Positions 50,385-60,308 of a DNA stretch of 64,000 nt are shown here, one piece after another. Positions within the stretch are counted from its first letter, which is position 1. Every line of letters begins with the position of its first letter. Made by a program: the position numbers and the translations under genes. Under the pieces are notes generated by a model. That model saw only the letters and a program-made list of their open reading frames with translations, made no database searches and was not told the origin of the DNA. Source of the DNA: Myxococcota bacterium (GTDB taxonomy: Bacteria > Myxococcota_A > SURF-8); the NCBI GenBank assembly GCA_963674735.2, contig CAXXQS010000002.1, forward strand, positions 192,001-256,000, in the 5' to 3' direction.

Positions 50385-50900
50385 ATGACTCCCCCTCTCG
50401 ATCAGTTGGAAACTCGCTTCGCGGAAGCCATGGCTCGCTTTGCCAAAGAAGTGGGGATTGTCGGCGCGACGGAAGGCCGCTTGCTGGCGCGTTTGATTCT
50501 GGGGGATGAACCGCTTACCCAGGACGACCTGATGGCGCAGGTGGGGGCCTCACGCGGAAACGTCTCGACCGCGCTGAAAATCCTGGCCGAAGGAGGCTTC
50601 ATTCGCACCACCACCATGCGTGGCTCGCGCCGAGCCTATTACGAAGCCCAACCCAACCTCTGGCGCGTAACCATCGGCTTCGTGCTGATGCGCATCGGTC
50701 ACCAGATCGAAGTGGTGCACCAGGAATTCCTCACGCTTTTAGAAGACGGCCGCGATGTCAAACGCAATGGCGGCTCGGCCGAGGAACGCCGAAATGCCGC
50801 CCACTTGCTACGCCAAGTGGAACGCCTCACCACCTATACCGACGGTGCACGCAAGCTTCTGCAAACCGTGCGCAAACTGGTCGGACGCGACGCCGTCTAG
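50385..50900 (+). CDS. GbsR/MarR family transcriptional regulator
   Basis: PLTQDDLM...GASRGNVSTALK.L winged HTH, GSRR.YY. Confidence 0.85.
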   Translation: MTPPLDQLETRFAEAMARFAKEVGIVGATEGRLLARLILGDEPLTQDDLMAQVGASRGNVSTALKILAEGGFIRTTTMRGSRRAYYEAQPNLWRVTIGFVLMRIGHQIEVVHQEFLTLLEDGRDVKRNGGSAEERRNAAHLLRQVERLTTYTDGARKLLQTVRKLVGRDAV

Positions 50901-50956
50901 GCTGCCAGCCGAACTCTCCAACGAATCTTATTTACAGGTAAGAAATGCGACCCACT

Positions 50957-52168
50957 CTATGGCGATACGGGTGATGGGCTTTTTTCGGACGGCTCCGCGT
51001 TCACGGCAGCCGATTCAGATGGCTCCACCGGCTTTTTCGGGGTCGCGTCCACACGCGGGGCCACCTCTCCCTTGGGAGCCGGTTTGGCGGTCACGTCGGG
51101 TTTCGCCGGGACGGTCGTTTTCGCTTCGGGCTTAGTTTTAAGCTTCGATTTGGGTTTCCGCAGCTTCGGCGCGGGAGGCTGTTCGGCGGGAACATCATCC
51201 ATGGTCGCTCCCGATTCGGACGGGGGAAACTCGAAGCGCTGTGATTCGGGATGCGCCTTGCGCCCGCCTTTGCTCTCGGGAAAAGGGTCGACCTTTCCAT
51301 TGAAGGCGGCCTCGGCCGACTTCTGCGCCCAGCTTGGAAGGTTTTTCTTGTCCTTCTCGTTTTTCATCCGGCCATGCACTTCGCTCAAACGCAAACGAAC
51401 CACTTCCGGATTGGGGTAGGTGGACAACGCCGACTCATAAACCTGCGCCGCCTCTTCGTTGCGTCCCATTTTGAGTAGGCAGTTGCCGACTTCGAAAGCA
51501 GCCAACCGCGCGTAGTAGCTACCGGGAAAGCGTTCCGAAACCGCTCGGTAATCGACCATGGCTTCCGCCCAGCGCTCCTGATAAACCAGCGCATCGGCGA
51601 CGCGAAAACGAATTTCAGCCGACTGGGGCGCATCGGGAAACTGCTCCAGAAAGGCGCGGCCCTGCACCGCCGCCTGTTCGAACTCATGCATCGCCAGATA
51701 GATATCCATCACCAAACGCCGGACCTCGCCGATGCGCGCATCGCGGGGAGACCGTTCTATCAGTTCTTCATAGATCGCCGCCGCCCGGTTCGGGTTGTTC
51801 AACTTGTCCCGATAAATGGCCGCCGTGCGCAGGCGGGCCGTCAAGGTCGCGGGGGCGGGATCGAGCAGTAACGCCATTTCATCATAAAGCGCCGCCGCCC
51901 GTTTGAAACGTCCCAGGTGGGTTTCGAGAATCTCTCCCGCCATGAGATAGGCATCGGCCAAAAGATTCTTTGCAGCGGGGGTTTGTTCTTCCTGTGCCTC
52001 GCTGATCGCTTTCAGAAATTCGGTCTCGGCCCGCTCATAATCCTTTTCGGCGTAATAGGTCAGTCCTTTTTTATAGAATTTCTCCGAGTTGGGAGAAACA
52101 AACAGATAGTAAGCCCCGGCAGCCAGGGCCACTAAAAGCAGGATCGGCATCCAACGCGACGTATCCAT
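50957..52168 (-). CDS. Membrane-anchored tetratricopeptide repeat protein
   Basis: N-terminal TM; TPR helices with 'Y..V..RFP' patterns; Pro/Lys-rich tail. Confidence 0.8.
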   Translation of the reverse strand: MDTSRWMPILLLVALAAGAYYLFVSPNSEKFYKKGLTYYAEKDYERAETEFLKAISEAQEEQTPAAKNLLADAYLMAGEILETHLGRFKRAAALYDEMALLLDPAPATLTARLRTAAIYRDKLNNPNRAAAIYEELIERSPRDARIGEVRRLVMDIYLAMHEFEQAAVQGRAFLEQFPDAPQSAEIRFRVADALVYQERWAEAMVDYRAVSERFPGSYYARLAAFEVGNCLLKMGRNEEAAQVYESALSTYPNPEVVRLRLSEVHGRMKNEKDKKNLPSWAQKSAEAAFNGKVDPFPESKGGRKAHPESQRFEFPPSESGATMDDVPAEQPPAPKLRKPKSKLKTKPEAKTTVPAKPDVTAKPAPKGEVAPRVDATPKKPVEPSESAAVNAEPSEKSPSPVSP

Positions 52169-52189
52169 GGACAGACCTTCGGCAGGCGC

Positions 52190-54739
52190 TTAGGCCTCAC
52201 CGTCCTCATCATCAGACTCGTCGGCCCCGACGGGCTTGGCCACCGAATCCAGGGAAAGCTGTTCGGGCAGGACATCGTCCAGGTCGTCGCCGTCTCCAAG
52301 GCCCTCTTCCCGATCATCGCGCTCGGCCATCTTGGCCACCACCGCCACATGATCGTCCTTGCCCAAGTTGATCAGACGCACACCCTGGGTGTTGCGGCCA
52401 ATCACGTTGAGACCGCGCATCTTCATCCGCAGAATGATGCCTTTGTTGGTGATCAACATCACGTCGTCGTCATCGGTGACCTGGTAGACGCCCACCACAT
52501 CGCCGTTGCGCTCGGTGTTCTTGATGGTAATGATACCCAAACCACCGCGTTTCTGCACCCGGTAATCCTCGGTGCGCGTGCGTTTACCGAAACCGTTTTC
52601 AGTAACGGACAGAATTGTGGCGCCCTCCGACAGCACATCCATCGCCACCACGCAGTCGTCTTTGGCCAGGCTGACGCCGCGAATTCCGCGCGACACGCGC
52701 CCGATGGGCCGCACGTCGGTTTCGGGGAAACGGATGGACTTGCCTTTCAGGGTGGAAAGCAGAATATGTTTGGTTCCGTCGGTCAGCCGCACGGAGATGA
52801 TCTCGTCCCCCTCATCCAGCTTGATGGCCTTGGTGCCGTTGCTGCGCGGGTTGGAGTAGGCATTCAACTCGGTCTTTTTCACCACGCCTCTTTTGGTGGT
52901 GAACACGACGTACCAGCCGTCTTTGTATTCGCGAATCGGCAAAATGGCGGCCGGACGTTCTCCCTGAGCCATGCGCACCAGATTGACGATGGCTTTGCCG
53001 CGTGCGGCGCGCCCGCCCTGGGGGATTTCATGCACCTTCAGCCAGTACACCACCCCATGATCGGAGAAAATCAACACCGTATCGTGGGTCGAAGCCACAA
53101 ACAGATCGGTCACGATATCTTCCTGCTTGGGCTTGACGCCGGTTTTGCCCTTCCCGCCCCGGCGCTGGTTGCGATAGAGGCTGATGGCGTTGCGCTTGAT
53201 ATAGCCGGAATGGGTACAGGTGACGACCATATCTTCTTCAACGATCAGATCCTCGATACTGAGTTCCACCGTATCGGCCAAAATCTCGGTACGCCGCGGA
53301 TCGGCGAATTTCTCGCGCGCCTGCTTGAGCTCGTCCACGATCACCTGCATGAGCAGTTTCTCGCTGGCCAGAATCGCCTTGAAACCCTCGATCAGCGCCA
53401 GGGTGTCTTTCAACTCCTGGACGATTTTGTCGCGTTCGAGACCGGTGAGGCGTTGCAGACGCATATCCAGAATGGCCTGAGCTTGGCGTTCGGAAAGCTT
53501 GAATTTTTTAATCAAGGCGGCTTTGGCTTCGGCCGGATTTTTGCTGGCGCGAATCGTTGCCACCACTTCGTCGATATTATCGAGCGCGATCTTCAAACCT
53601 TCGAGGATATGGGCGCGTTCCTCAGCTTTGTTCAACTCGAACTGCGTACGGCGCGTCACTACGTCCCGACGATGGTCGATGAAATGTTGCAGCATCTTGA
53701 CCAGGGTCAGCACGACCGGCTGGCCGTTGACCAGCGCCAGCAGGATGATTCCGAAGCTGGTTTGCATCTGGGTCATTTTGTAGAGGTTATTGAGCACCAC
53801 GCCCGCCACGGTATCGCGCTTGAGTTCCATCACGATGCGCATGCCGTCACGATCGCTTTCGTCGCGCAGATCCGAAATGCCTTCCAGCTTCTTGTCTTTG
53901 ACCAGCCGGGCAATCGATTCGATCAACTTGGATTTGTTGACCATGTAGGGAATCTCGGAGACGATGATCGATTCGCGATCATTGCGCCGGTTGCGTTCGA
54001 TGAGTGCCCGCGCCCGCAGTTTGATGACGCCACGCCCGGTTTCATAGGCTTTGAGAATGCCCTCGCGCCCATAGATAAACCCGAAGGTGGGGAAATCGGG
54101 GCCAGGAATCAATTCCATCATTTCGGGCAGGGTAAGCTTCGGATTTTCAATCAACGCAATGGCGCCGTCGATCACTTCACCCAGATTATGCGGCGGAATA
54201 TTGGTGCTCATCCCCACGGCGATGCCCGCCGCGCCGTTGATCAACAGATGCGGCACCCGTGCGGGAAAGACCAGCGGTTCACTCTCGGAACCGTCGTAGT
54301 TGGGGGCGAAATCGACCGTGTCTTTTTCGAGATCGGTGATCAGTTCTCCGGCGATTTTATCGAGACGCACTTCCGTATAACGCATGGCGGCTGCCGGATC
54401 GCCATCCACCGAACCGAAGTTGCCCTGGCCATCCACCAACGGGTAACGCAGCGAAAAGGGCTGGGCCATACGCACGATGGTGTCGTACACGGCCGAATCG
54501 CCGTGCGGGTGGTATTTACCGATTACGTTACCGACCACGCGGGCCGATTTTTTGTAGGGCTGGTTCCAATAGTTCTTCATTTCGTGCATGGCATACAAAA
54601 CGCGCCGATGCACCGGCTTGAGGCCGTCGCGAACATCCGGCAAAGCGCGCGCGATGATGACCGACATGGCGTATTCCATGTAACTGGTCTTCATCTCGTC
54701 TTCGATATTGACCGGAATCTCTTTGGGTTGAAACAACAT
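52190..54739 (-). CDS. gyrA: DNA gyrase subunit A
   Basis: [30 protein letters not shown], GyrA-box QRRGGKG. Confidence 0.98.
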   Translation of the reverse strand: MLFQPKEIPVNIEDEMKTSYMEYAMSVIIARALPDVRDGLKPVHRRVLYAMHEMKNYWNQPYKKSARVVGNVIGKYHPHGDSAVYDTIVRMAQPFSLRYPLVDGQGNFGSVDGDPAAAMRYTEVRLDKIAGELITDLEKDTVDFAPNYDGSESEPLVFPARVPHLLINGAAGIAVGMSTNIPPHNLGEVIDGAIALIENPKLTLPEMMELIPGPDFPTFGFIYGREGILKAYETGRGVIKLRARALIERNRRNDRESIIVSEIPYMVNKSKLIESIARLVKDKKLEGISDLRDESDRDGMRIVMELKRDTVAGVVLNNLYKMTQMQTSFGIILLALVNGQPVVLTLVKMLQHFIDHRRDVVTRRTQFELNKAEERAHILEGLKIALDNIDEVVATIRASKNPAEAKAALIKKFKLSERQAQAILDMRLQRLTGLERDKIVQELKDTLALIEGFKAILASEKLLMQVIVDELKQAREKFADPRRTEILADTVELSIEDLIVEEDMVVTCTHSGYIKRNAISLYRNQRRGGKGKTGVKPKQEDIVTDLFVASTHDTVLIFSDHGVVYWLKVHEIPQGGRAARGKAIVNLVRMAQGERPAAILPIREYKDGWYVVFTTKRGVVKKTELNAYSNPRSNGTKAIKLDEGDEIISVRLTDGTKHILLSTLKGKSIRFPETDVRPIGRVSRGIRGVSLAKDDCVVAMDVLSEGATILSVTENGFGKRTRTEDYRVQKRGGLGIITIKNTERNGDVVGVYQVTDDDDVMLITNKGIILRMKMRGLNVIGRNTQGVRLINLGKDDHVAVVAKMAERDDREEGLGDGDDLDDVLPEQLSLDSVAKPVGADESDDEDGEA

Positions 54740-54845
54740 ATTTCGTCACTCCCTCTCGAAGCGTTTGAGACCCAACTATATGTTTTTCATAACGTATTTC
54801 ATATAGGTCGCGCGGGACTCCCGCGGGGTTGGTCCGTTTCGCTTC

Positions 54846-54874
54846 AATATAGAAAATGCGGGGGCAAAAGTCAA
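54846..54874 (-). promoter_or_regulatory. Putative gyrA promoter
   Basis: TTGACT-N17-TATATT. Confidence 0.65.
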
Positions 54875-55107
54875 GGGATTTCAGCGAAGGAACGTCACCC
54901 TATCTTGTTGTTATTATTTATTATTTTATGATCCATACACAAACATGAGATGGGAATGAAGACCCAGGGAAATGAAGCGGGAAAAACCCCTGCACCCGTA
55001 GTCGGAAGCCGGGGTTTTCAAATACCGACGGCCGGTCCGTTGAAGACCGGCCGTCGCAGAAAGTCCGGGAAAAGGTAGGAACGCAGGGGGTTCTCCGGAC
55101 TTGATCC

Positions 55108-58100
55108 CTATTCGGTAACGTTAAAGGCCACCGGCGCCGTGGTACTCTCCGATTCAGGCTCGTAATAGGGAGCCGCAGAGGCCGAGCCGGAACTGCCCTC
55201 CATGGGGAAACGAGCTCGCAACTGGTAGGTGAGAGACAAGGTCTCCCCGGCGGCGATGCGCTCCACATAGAGAATGAGCTGCCGTCCGGCCACTTCATAG
55301 CGTTGCAGCGCCGTATTTTGCACCTGCTCCACCAGATCGTCGGGCACCAGATCAAAGCCCGGCGGCAAGCCGATATCCACCAGCACCATCAGGACATTGG
55401 CGTCCGAGACGTTGCCGATGGCGGCCGTGGCGGTCACGATATCATCCACGGCCAGAGTGGTTTTATCGTAGCTGATGTCGATGGTGAGCGGACCGCCCGA
55501 ACCGTAAGGGTTCTCCTCGCCCGGCACCCAGTAACTCGATACGACCGAGTACATCAAGTTGCCTTCGCCACTGACCACCAGCTCAACCGCATTATCGCCT
55601 TCCACCAGGAATTCACTCAGATCGACATACTGCATCACCTCGGAGTTGTTGGCATCGACCGTCACCGTACCGCCCAGACTGCCGTTGGCATTGACGATGA
55701 TGGTGGCGTTTGATTCCTCAACCTGCGATCCCAGCGAAGCAATCATGAAACGTAGAGCCTGAATAGTACCGGCTGTTGTAGACCAATTGCCGAAACTGTC
55801 TTTTTTCGACAGCAGCCAGTCCATGATACCCGGCACCAGGTTGGTGTTCTGACCGGCACGGATGAAAGCCTGCCCCACGAGGCCGGTCGTTTCCATTTCG
55901 GCCGAACCACCCGAGCCATACATCTCGGTTTGCTCTTCCTGAGTCCAATAGATTTTGCCGTCCTCGTCCTCGACACGGGCTTCGTACAGGTCATCGAGGA
56001 CCGAGTCGAGTGCGGAATTGTCGGGATCGGCGGCCGTCAGCATCATGGCAAGAAGCGCCAGAGTGTAATTGTCGCCCGCCGCCTCGGAGCGGTTCTGTAC
56101 CGCCCAGTTGACACCCGCCGACACCGCGCCCCCGCTGAACCCGCTTTCGGCCAGGGCGTAGGTGATGTAAGCGGTGGTGCGCAGTTTGGACGATGTAAAG
56201 TTGTTGGTCGCGCCTTCGTGGATGCCGCCCGCGTCGAAGTCGTAGGAACCATCGCCGTTTTGCAGCGCCGCCAACCAATTTTGGGTACGTGTGATGATGG
56301 CCTCGTCCACGTCGTGGACCTTGCTCATGTCGCTGAATTCCAGCAACCCATAAGCGGTGAGGATGCGGTGGGCCGGAGTTTCACCGAACCACTCGAAACC
56401 GCCGCCGTCCACTTCATACGATACCAGCCGCTGATAGCCCTGACTGACATAGTCGCGCGCTTTCAACTCGATTTCGGGCGTGCTCTGGCCGGTCAGCGCC
56501 ATGTAATCGAGCACCAGCACGTTGGGGTAGGTGGCGGAGCTGGTCTGTTCGAAACAGCCCGAGGGCATCTGCAAGAGGCTATCAAGGCCTTCGATCATCT
56601 GGGAGAACAGGCCGGGGTAGATCTTCACCCACATACGCGAGGCATCGTCCACGGCCAGTTCAGGAATATTGACGGTGATGCTTTTCGATCCGTCGAGTCG
56701 TCCCGATTCGGCGTTACGCACTTCCAAACCATCGGGAATGACTTCAACCCGACGGCGAATGGCGTCACTCATCTCGCTGCCAATGGCGGTGACGGTAAAG
56801 TCGTGCCAACCCACCTTGACCACCTTGACCGGGAAATAGATACCGGTAACGGAACTGGGACCGACGGTGATGGAGCGGGTCTGACCTTCGAGGAATTCGA
56901 TCCAGTCGCCTGCCGCCGCCTCTAAATTGATGGTCTGAGGAGATTGCAGATAGTTGTAGATCGCGATGGGCACGGCCACAATGTCGTTTTGCGTCAGAGT
57001 GGCGGGAAAGTCGATGTCGACGAAAAAGTCCTGGTAAACGATCACATTGCCCACGTTCGAGCCGATCTGGCCCGCCAGTGAACTGGCCAAGGCGGTCATA
57101 CGCCAACTGGTGATCGAGTCGGCCATGGTGAAGTTGATTTCGGCTTCCCCGCTCGCATCGGTGATGACGGCCGGGTTGACGTAAAGCGTTTCAGGGAAGT
57201 AGGAACGCACGCGCGGACCGTCCTCTTCTTCACCGTCATCGCTGGAGGGCTGAGCGTCGCCGTCGGGCGCATCACCATCGGCCATGTCACCATCGCCGAT
57301 GCCTTCGCCCGGGGCGTTGGGTTCGCCGTCGAGGGCATCATCGTCAAAACCGCCCTCGCCATCCCATTCGTCGCGTCCGTCACCTTTAGCGTAAAAGTCC
57401 TTGCTGACTTCCAAGTCGTCGGCAGAACCTTTCCGTTCATCCATCCCGTTGGAACGCAGGGTCAGCCGATATTCGCCGTATTCCATCGTATAAGCGTGGC
57501 CCCAGGGATCATAGAGTGGATTGGAACCACTATTGCGCTGCTCGATCCAGGCCTTGATGCCCTGTTCGCCGGTGATGAAGCCCGAATCATACAGCCAGTT
57601 CAGATGGTCGATAACCGCCTGCAGATCCTCTGAAACGCGCGTGGTGGCCGTGGCCTGCGCAGTGGAATCCACGTTGGCGAAGGTATCCACATTGACTCCG
57701 TAAGCGGCATCGGTACCGGCGGAAGCCAAGAAGGCACCGGCATACGCCTCACGTTCTTCCGCCTCATCGGAATTTTCGGGTTCCGGTTCGAGAATGTCGG
57801 CGGCATCGAAGCCGTGAATCTCGTAGCGTGGCGCAAGCAATTCCTCTTCCAACTCGAAATAGATTTTCTCCATGCCCGGTTTCATGTCCTGCAGGGCGAA
57901 GACGGCCTCGTCCACCACCTGCACGCCCAATACCGACTGCACGCCGTTTTGTTCGTTGTCTTTCACACGCAGGCTGATGGTGGCGTCTTCGGCGGGGAGA
58001 TAGGTGCTTTTGTCGGGAATGATCTCGACCGTCAGCGAGTTGGCCAGTTCAACGAAGATCAACTTGCGGTCGCGAATGATCTCACCGGCCGCGCCGAGAT

Positions 58101-60027
58101 AATAGGCCATCAATTCGACAGATCCCGACAGGGTGGCATCGAGATCGATGGCGTAACTACCTTTGCCCTCGACCAACGAAACCGTGTGCATCAGCATGGT
58201 CTGGCCATCCTTGATGACATCCAGGTAAATGCGGTCGGGCAGGTCGACGGCATCCCAACCGTCATTGGTGGCGAACAAGCCGATTTCCACCGTTTCGCCC
58301 ACTTTGTAGAGCGCCTTGTCGGTGCGTAACATCACGTATTCACGTTGGGTTTCGCTGGCGAAACTGAAAGTTTTCGAGGCCGTGTCGCCGCTGCCGGTCT
58401 GAGCGGCTACGGCGATATCGAGGCTTTCACTCTGGGGAGTAAACTCGAAGATAGCCAAGCCCCAAAGCCCGGTATCGATGTTGCTCTCATTGCCGTCGAT
58501 GGTAAGGGCGCAGGCCGCATCCAACGGACGCCCGAAGGGGTCGGTGGTCATGAGGTAGAAACGGTTTTCGATACCGGGAACCAGAGAACCGGTTTCCGGC
58601 ACCACCGCCAGCAGGATCGGATTTTCGACCACCAAGGCCGACGTGCTTTTAATCTGCTGATGACCGGCCGTGTCGGTTACAGCGATTTCCAGAAAAACGT
58701 AGGCTTTGTTCTCATCGAGAGCGGCCGCGACGAAATAGCTGGGCAATTCGAGATCGAAGTCGAACTCGCCTTCCTCGTTGAGCGTGCCGTTCAAGGTGGC
58801 GAAGGTTTCCATTTCCACATCGAACTTGCTGGCCGTGATGGTCACCGCACCGCCATCCACCGGCTTGCCGAAGAAGTAATCGGAGTTCACCGATCCGTGC
58901 AGGGTCTGCCCCGGTCGATAGAAGGAGCGGTCGGTGCTCAACTCCACATTGAATTTCGGCAAGGCGTAACGTTCGACAGTCACGCTCTTTTCAGCGGCAA
59001 ATTCGCCCACTTGGGCTTGCAAGGTGTAAACGCCCTCATTCAGAATGGTGGCCAGCTTGAATTCGGTCGCCGCCACGCCGTAATCGGAACTTTCGAGTTC
59101 CTGTTTGAAAACCTTGTTGCCTTTGGGGTCGATCACGAAGAAAGTAACCGGCATCCCGGCCTGCGGCTTGAGGTCGGGACGTTTGAGCGCCAGTGCGCGC
59201 AGATGGATGGTCTGGCCGGGTTGATACAGCGGTTTGTCGGTGGTCAAGAGCACTTTGGCCTCACGGGCAATCGACAGCGGGGTCAGAGCCTGTTCCTGCT
59301 GTTTCCCATCGGGCATGTCGATCAACACCTTGAGTTGCGCGTTGCCGAATCCCTGTGAAGGCAAATCGATACGCACATCAGTCATACCGAAGGCGTCGGT
59401 GACACCCGAGCCGACCGGCGATTCGTCGTCGTCCTGCACCAACACGAAATTGGCACTCGCCCCCTCCACCGGCTGACCGGAATTGGGCTCGTGTACGATG
59501 AGTTTGTAGAAAGACGTGCCCCCCTCGTACAGATTCTCCGAACCCATCAACTGGGCTTGCACGTAGCGATAGGTGGTATGCAAAGAACGTGTCCCCCAGA
59601 TTTTGCCATCCGTCCAATCGAGACGGAACTTCATCAGGAAACCGCCTTTGTCGCTGTCGGCAAAGCCTTCGGGCAAGTCGCTCAGCACCACTTCGGAATC
59701 TTGCAGAGCGTCCTTGAGCGTAAGCGCCACGGTGCTTTCGCTGAGGCTCTCACCCGCCAGGTCGGTAAGCGTGACCGTCAGATCGACCTTCACTTCGGCG
59801 GCGGTCTTCTGATGAATCGGAATCACGATCGACAAACCTTCATCGATCAGTTGAGACGACATCTCCGCCTCTTTGACGAACAGATTGCCCGATTCCAGGT
59901 TTTCGTTGGGATTGATCTGATAGGGATCAAACAGCGTTTTCTCGCCGCTGTCCCCACAGCCGGAGAGGACAAACGCCGCCCCAAGCAAAACAGTCAGCAG
60001 CCAACGGAAGGCTTGATTCGGTTTCAT
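55108..60027 (-). CDS. Alpha-2-macroglobulin family lipoprotein
   Basis: Lipobox LSGC; TDKPLYQPGQ MG domains; RSYFPETL, DSITSW, thioester motif GCFEQ. Confidence 0.93.
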   Translation of the reverse strand: MKPNQAFRWLLTVLLGAAFVLSGCGDSGEKTLFDPYQINPNENLESGNLFVKEAEMSSQLIDEGLSIVIPIHQKTAAEVKVDLTVTLTDLAGESLSESTVALTLKDALQDSEVVLSDLPEGFADSDKGGFLMKFRLDWTDGKIWGTRSLHTTYRYVQAQLMGSENLYEGGTSFYKLIVHEPNSGQPVEGASANFVLVQDDDESPVGSGVTDAFGMTDVRIDLPSQGFGNAQLKVLIDMPDGKQQEQALTPLSIAREAKVLLTTDKPLYQPGQTIHLRALALKRPDLKPQAGMPVTFFVIDPKGNKVFKQELESSDYGVAATEFKLATILNEGVYTLQAQVGEFAAEKSVTVERYALPKFNVELSTDRSFYRPGQTLHGSVNSDYFFGKPVDGGAVTITASKFDVEMETFATLNGTLNEEGEFDFDLELPSYFVAAALDENKAYVFLEIAVTDTAGHQQIKSTSALVVENPILLAVVPETGSLVPGIENRFYLMTTDPFGRPLDAACALTIDGNESNIDTGLWGLAIFEFTPQSESLDIAVAAQTGSGDTASKTFSFASETQREYVMLRTDKALYKVGETVEIGLFATNDGWDAVDLPDRIYLDVIKDGQTMLMHTVSLVEGKGSYAIDLDATLSGSVELMAYYLGAAGEIIRDRKLIFVELANSLTVEIIPDKSTYLPAEDATISLRVKDNEQNGVQSVLGVQVVDEAVFALQDMKPGMEKIYFELEEELLAPRYEIHGFDAADILEPEPENSDEAEEREAYAGAFLASAGTDAAYGVNVDTFANVDSTAQATATTRVSEDLQAVIDHLNWLYDSGFITGEQGIKAWIEQRNSGSNPLYDPWGHAYTMEYGEYRLTLRSNGMDERKGSADDLEVSKDFYAKGDGRDEWDGEGGFDDDALDGEPNAPGEGIGDGDMADGDAPDGDAQPSSDDGEEEDGPRVRSYFPETLYVNPAVITDASGEAEINFTMADSITSWRMTALASSLAGQIGSNVGNVIVYQDFFVDIDFPATLTQNDIVAVPIAIYNYLQSPQTINLEAAAGDWIEFLEGQTRSITVGPSSVTGIYFPVKVVKVGWHDFTVTAIGSEMSDAIRRRVEVIPDGLEVRNAESGRLDGSKSITVNIPELAVDDASRMWVKIYPGLFSQMIEGLDSLLQMPSGCFEQTSSATYPNVLVLDYMALTGQSTPEIELKARDYVSQGYQRLVSYEVDGGGFEWFGETPAHRILTAYGLLEFSDMSKVHDVDEAIITRTQNWLAALQNGDGSYDFDAGGIHEGATNNFTSSKLRTTAYITYALAESGFSGGAVSAGVNWAVQNRSEAAGDNYTLALLAMMLTAADPDNSALDSVLDDLYEARVEDEDGKIYWTQEEQTEMYGSGGSAEMETTGLVGQAFIRAGQNTNLVPGIMDWLLSKKDSFGNWSTTAGTIQALRFMIASLGSQVEESNATIIVNANGSLGGTVTVDANNSEVMQYVDLSEFLVEGDNAVELVVSGEGNLMYSVVSSYWVPGEENPYGSGGPLTIDISYDKTTLAVDDIVTATAAIGNVSDANVLMVLVDIGLPPGFDLVPDDLVEQVQNTALQRYEVAGRQLILYVERIAAGETLSLTYQLRARFPMEGSSGSASAAPYYEPESESTTAPVAFNVTE

Positions 60028-60239
60028 GGCTTTCGCTCCTCATATTTAAAAAAGGTGATCGATTTCCTGTTATTACGGACCATTCAATCATGGTTATCCA
60101 TAGTAAGTGCTGCAAGTTCTACACCAACAGCAAAATGGCGGTCACCCCTCTCCTAGTCATGGAACCGACAGCCGTAAGTAACCGAATAGACGATTTTTTC
60201 AGGAACAGGTGGAGGCTTGGCCACAGCCCATGTCCACTC

Positions 60240-60279
60240 AAAAAACGAAAGCGGCTGTCAAGTTAGCTTGACAGCCGCT
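60240..60279 (-). terminator. Terminator of the DGDHP-repeat lipoprotein gene
   Basis: Perfect 13-bp stem AGCGGCTGTCAAG/CTTGACAGCCGCT followed by UUCGUUUUUU. Confidence 0.75.
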
Positions 60280-60308
60280 GGCAGAATAAGCCGACACAAA
60301 ATCACGGG

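Noticed and set aside
52190-54739. gyrA without an adjacent gyrB
   Set aside because: Split gyrA/gyrB loci are common; the GyrA-box is intact, so not unusual
52349-54931. 860-aa plus-strand ORF
   Set aside because: Antisense shadow of gyrA
59461-59470. CCCCTCCACC match to the tRNA-Asp 3' region as a possible attR
   Set aside because: Only 10 bp, inside the intact A2M gene; expected by chance
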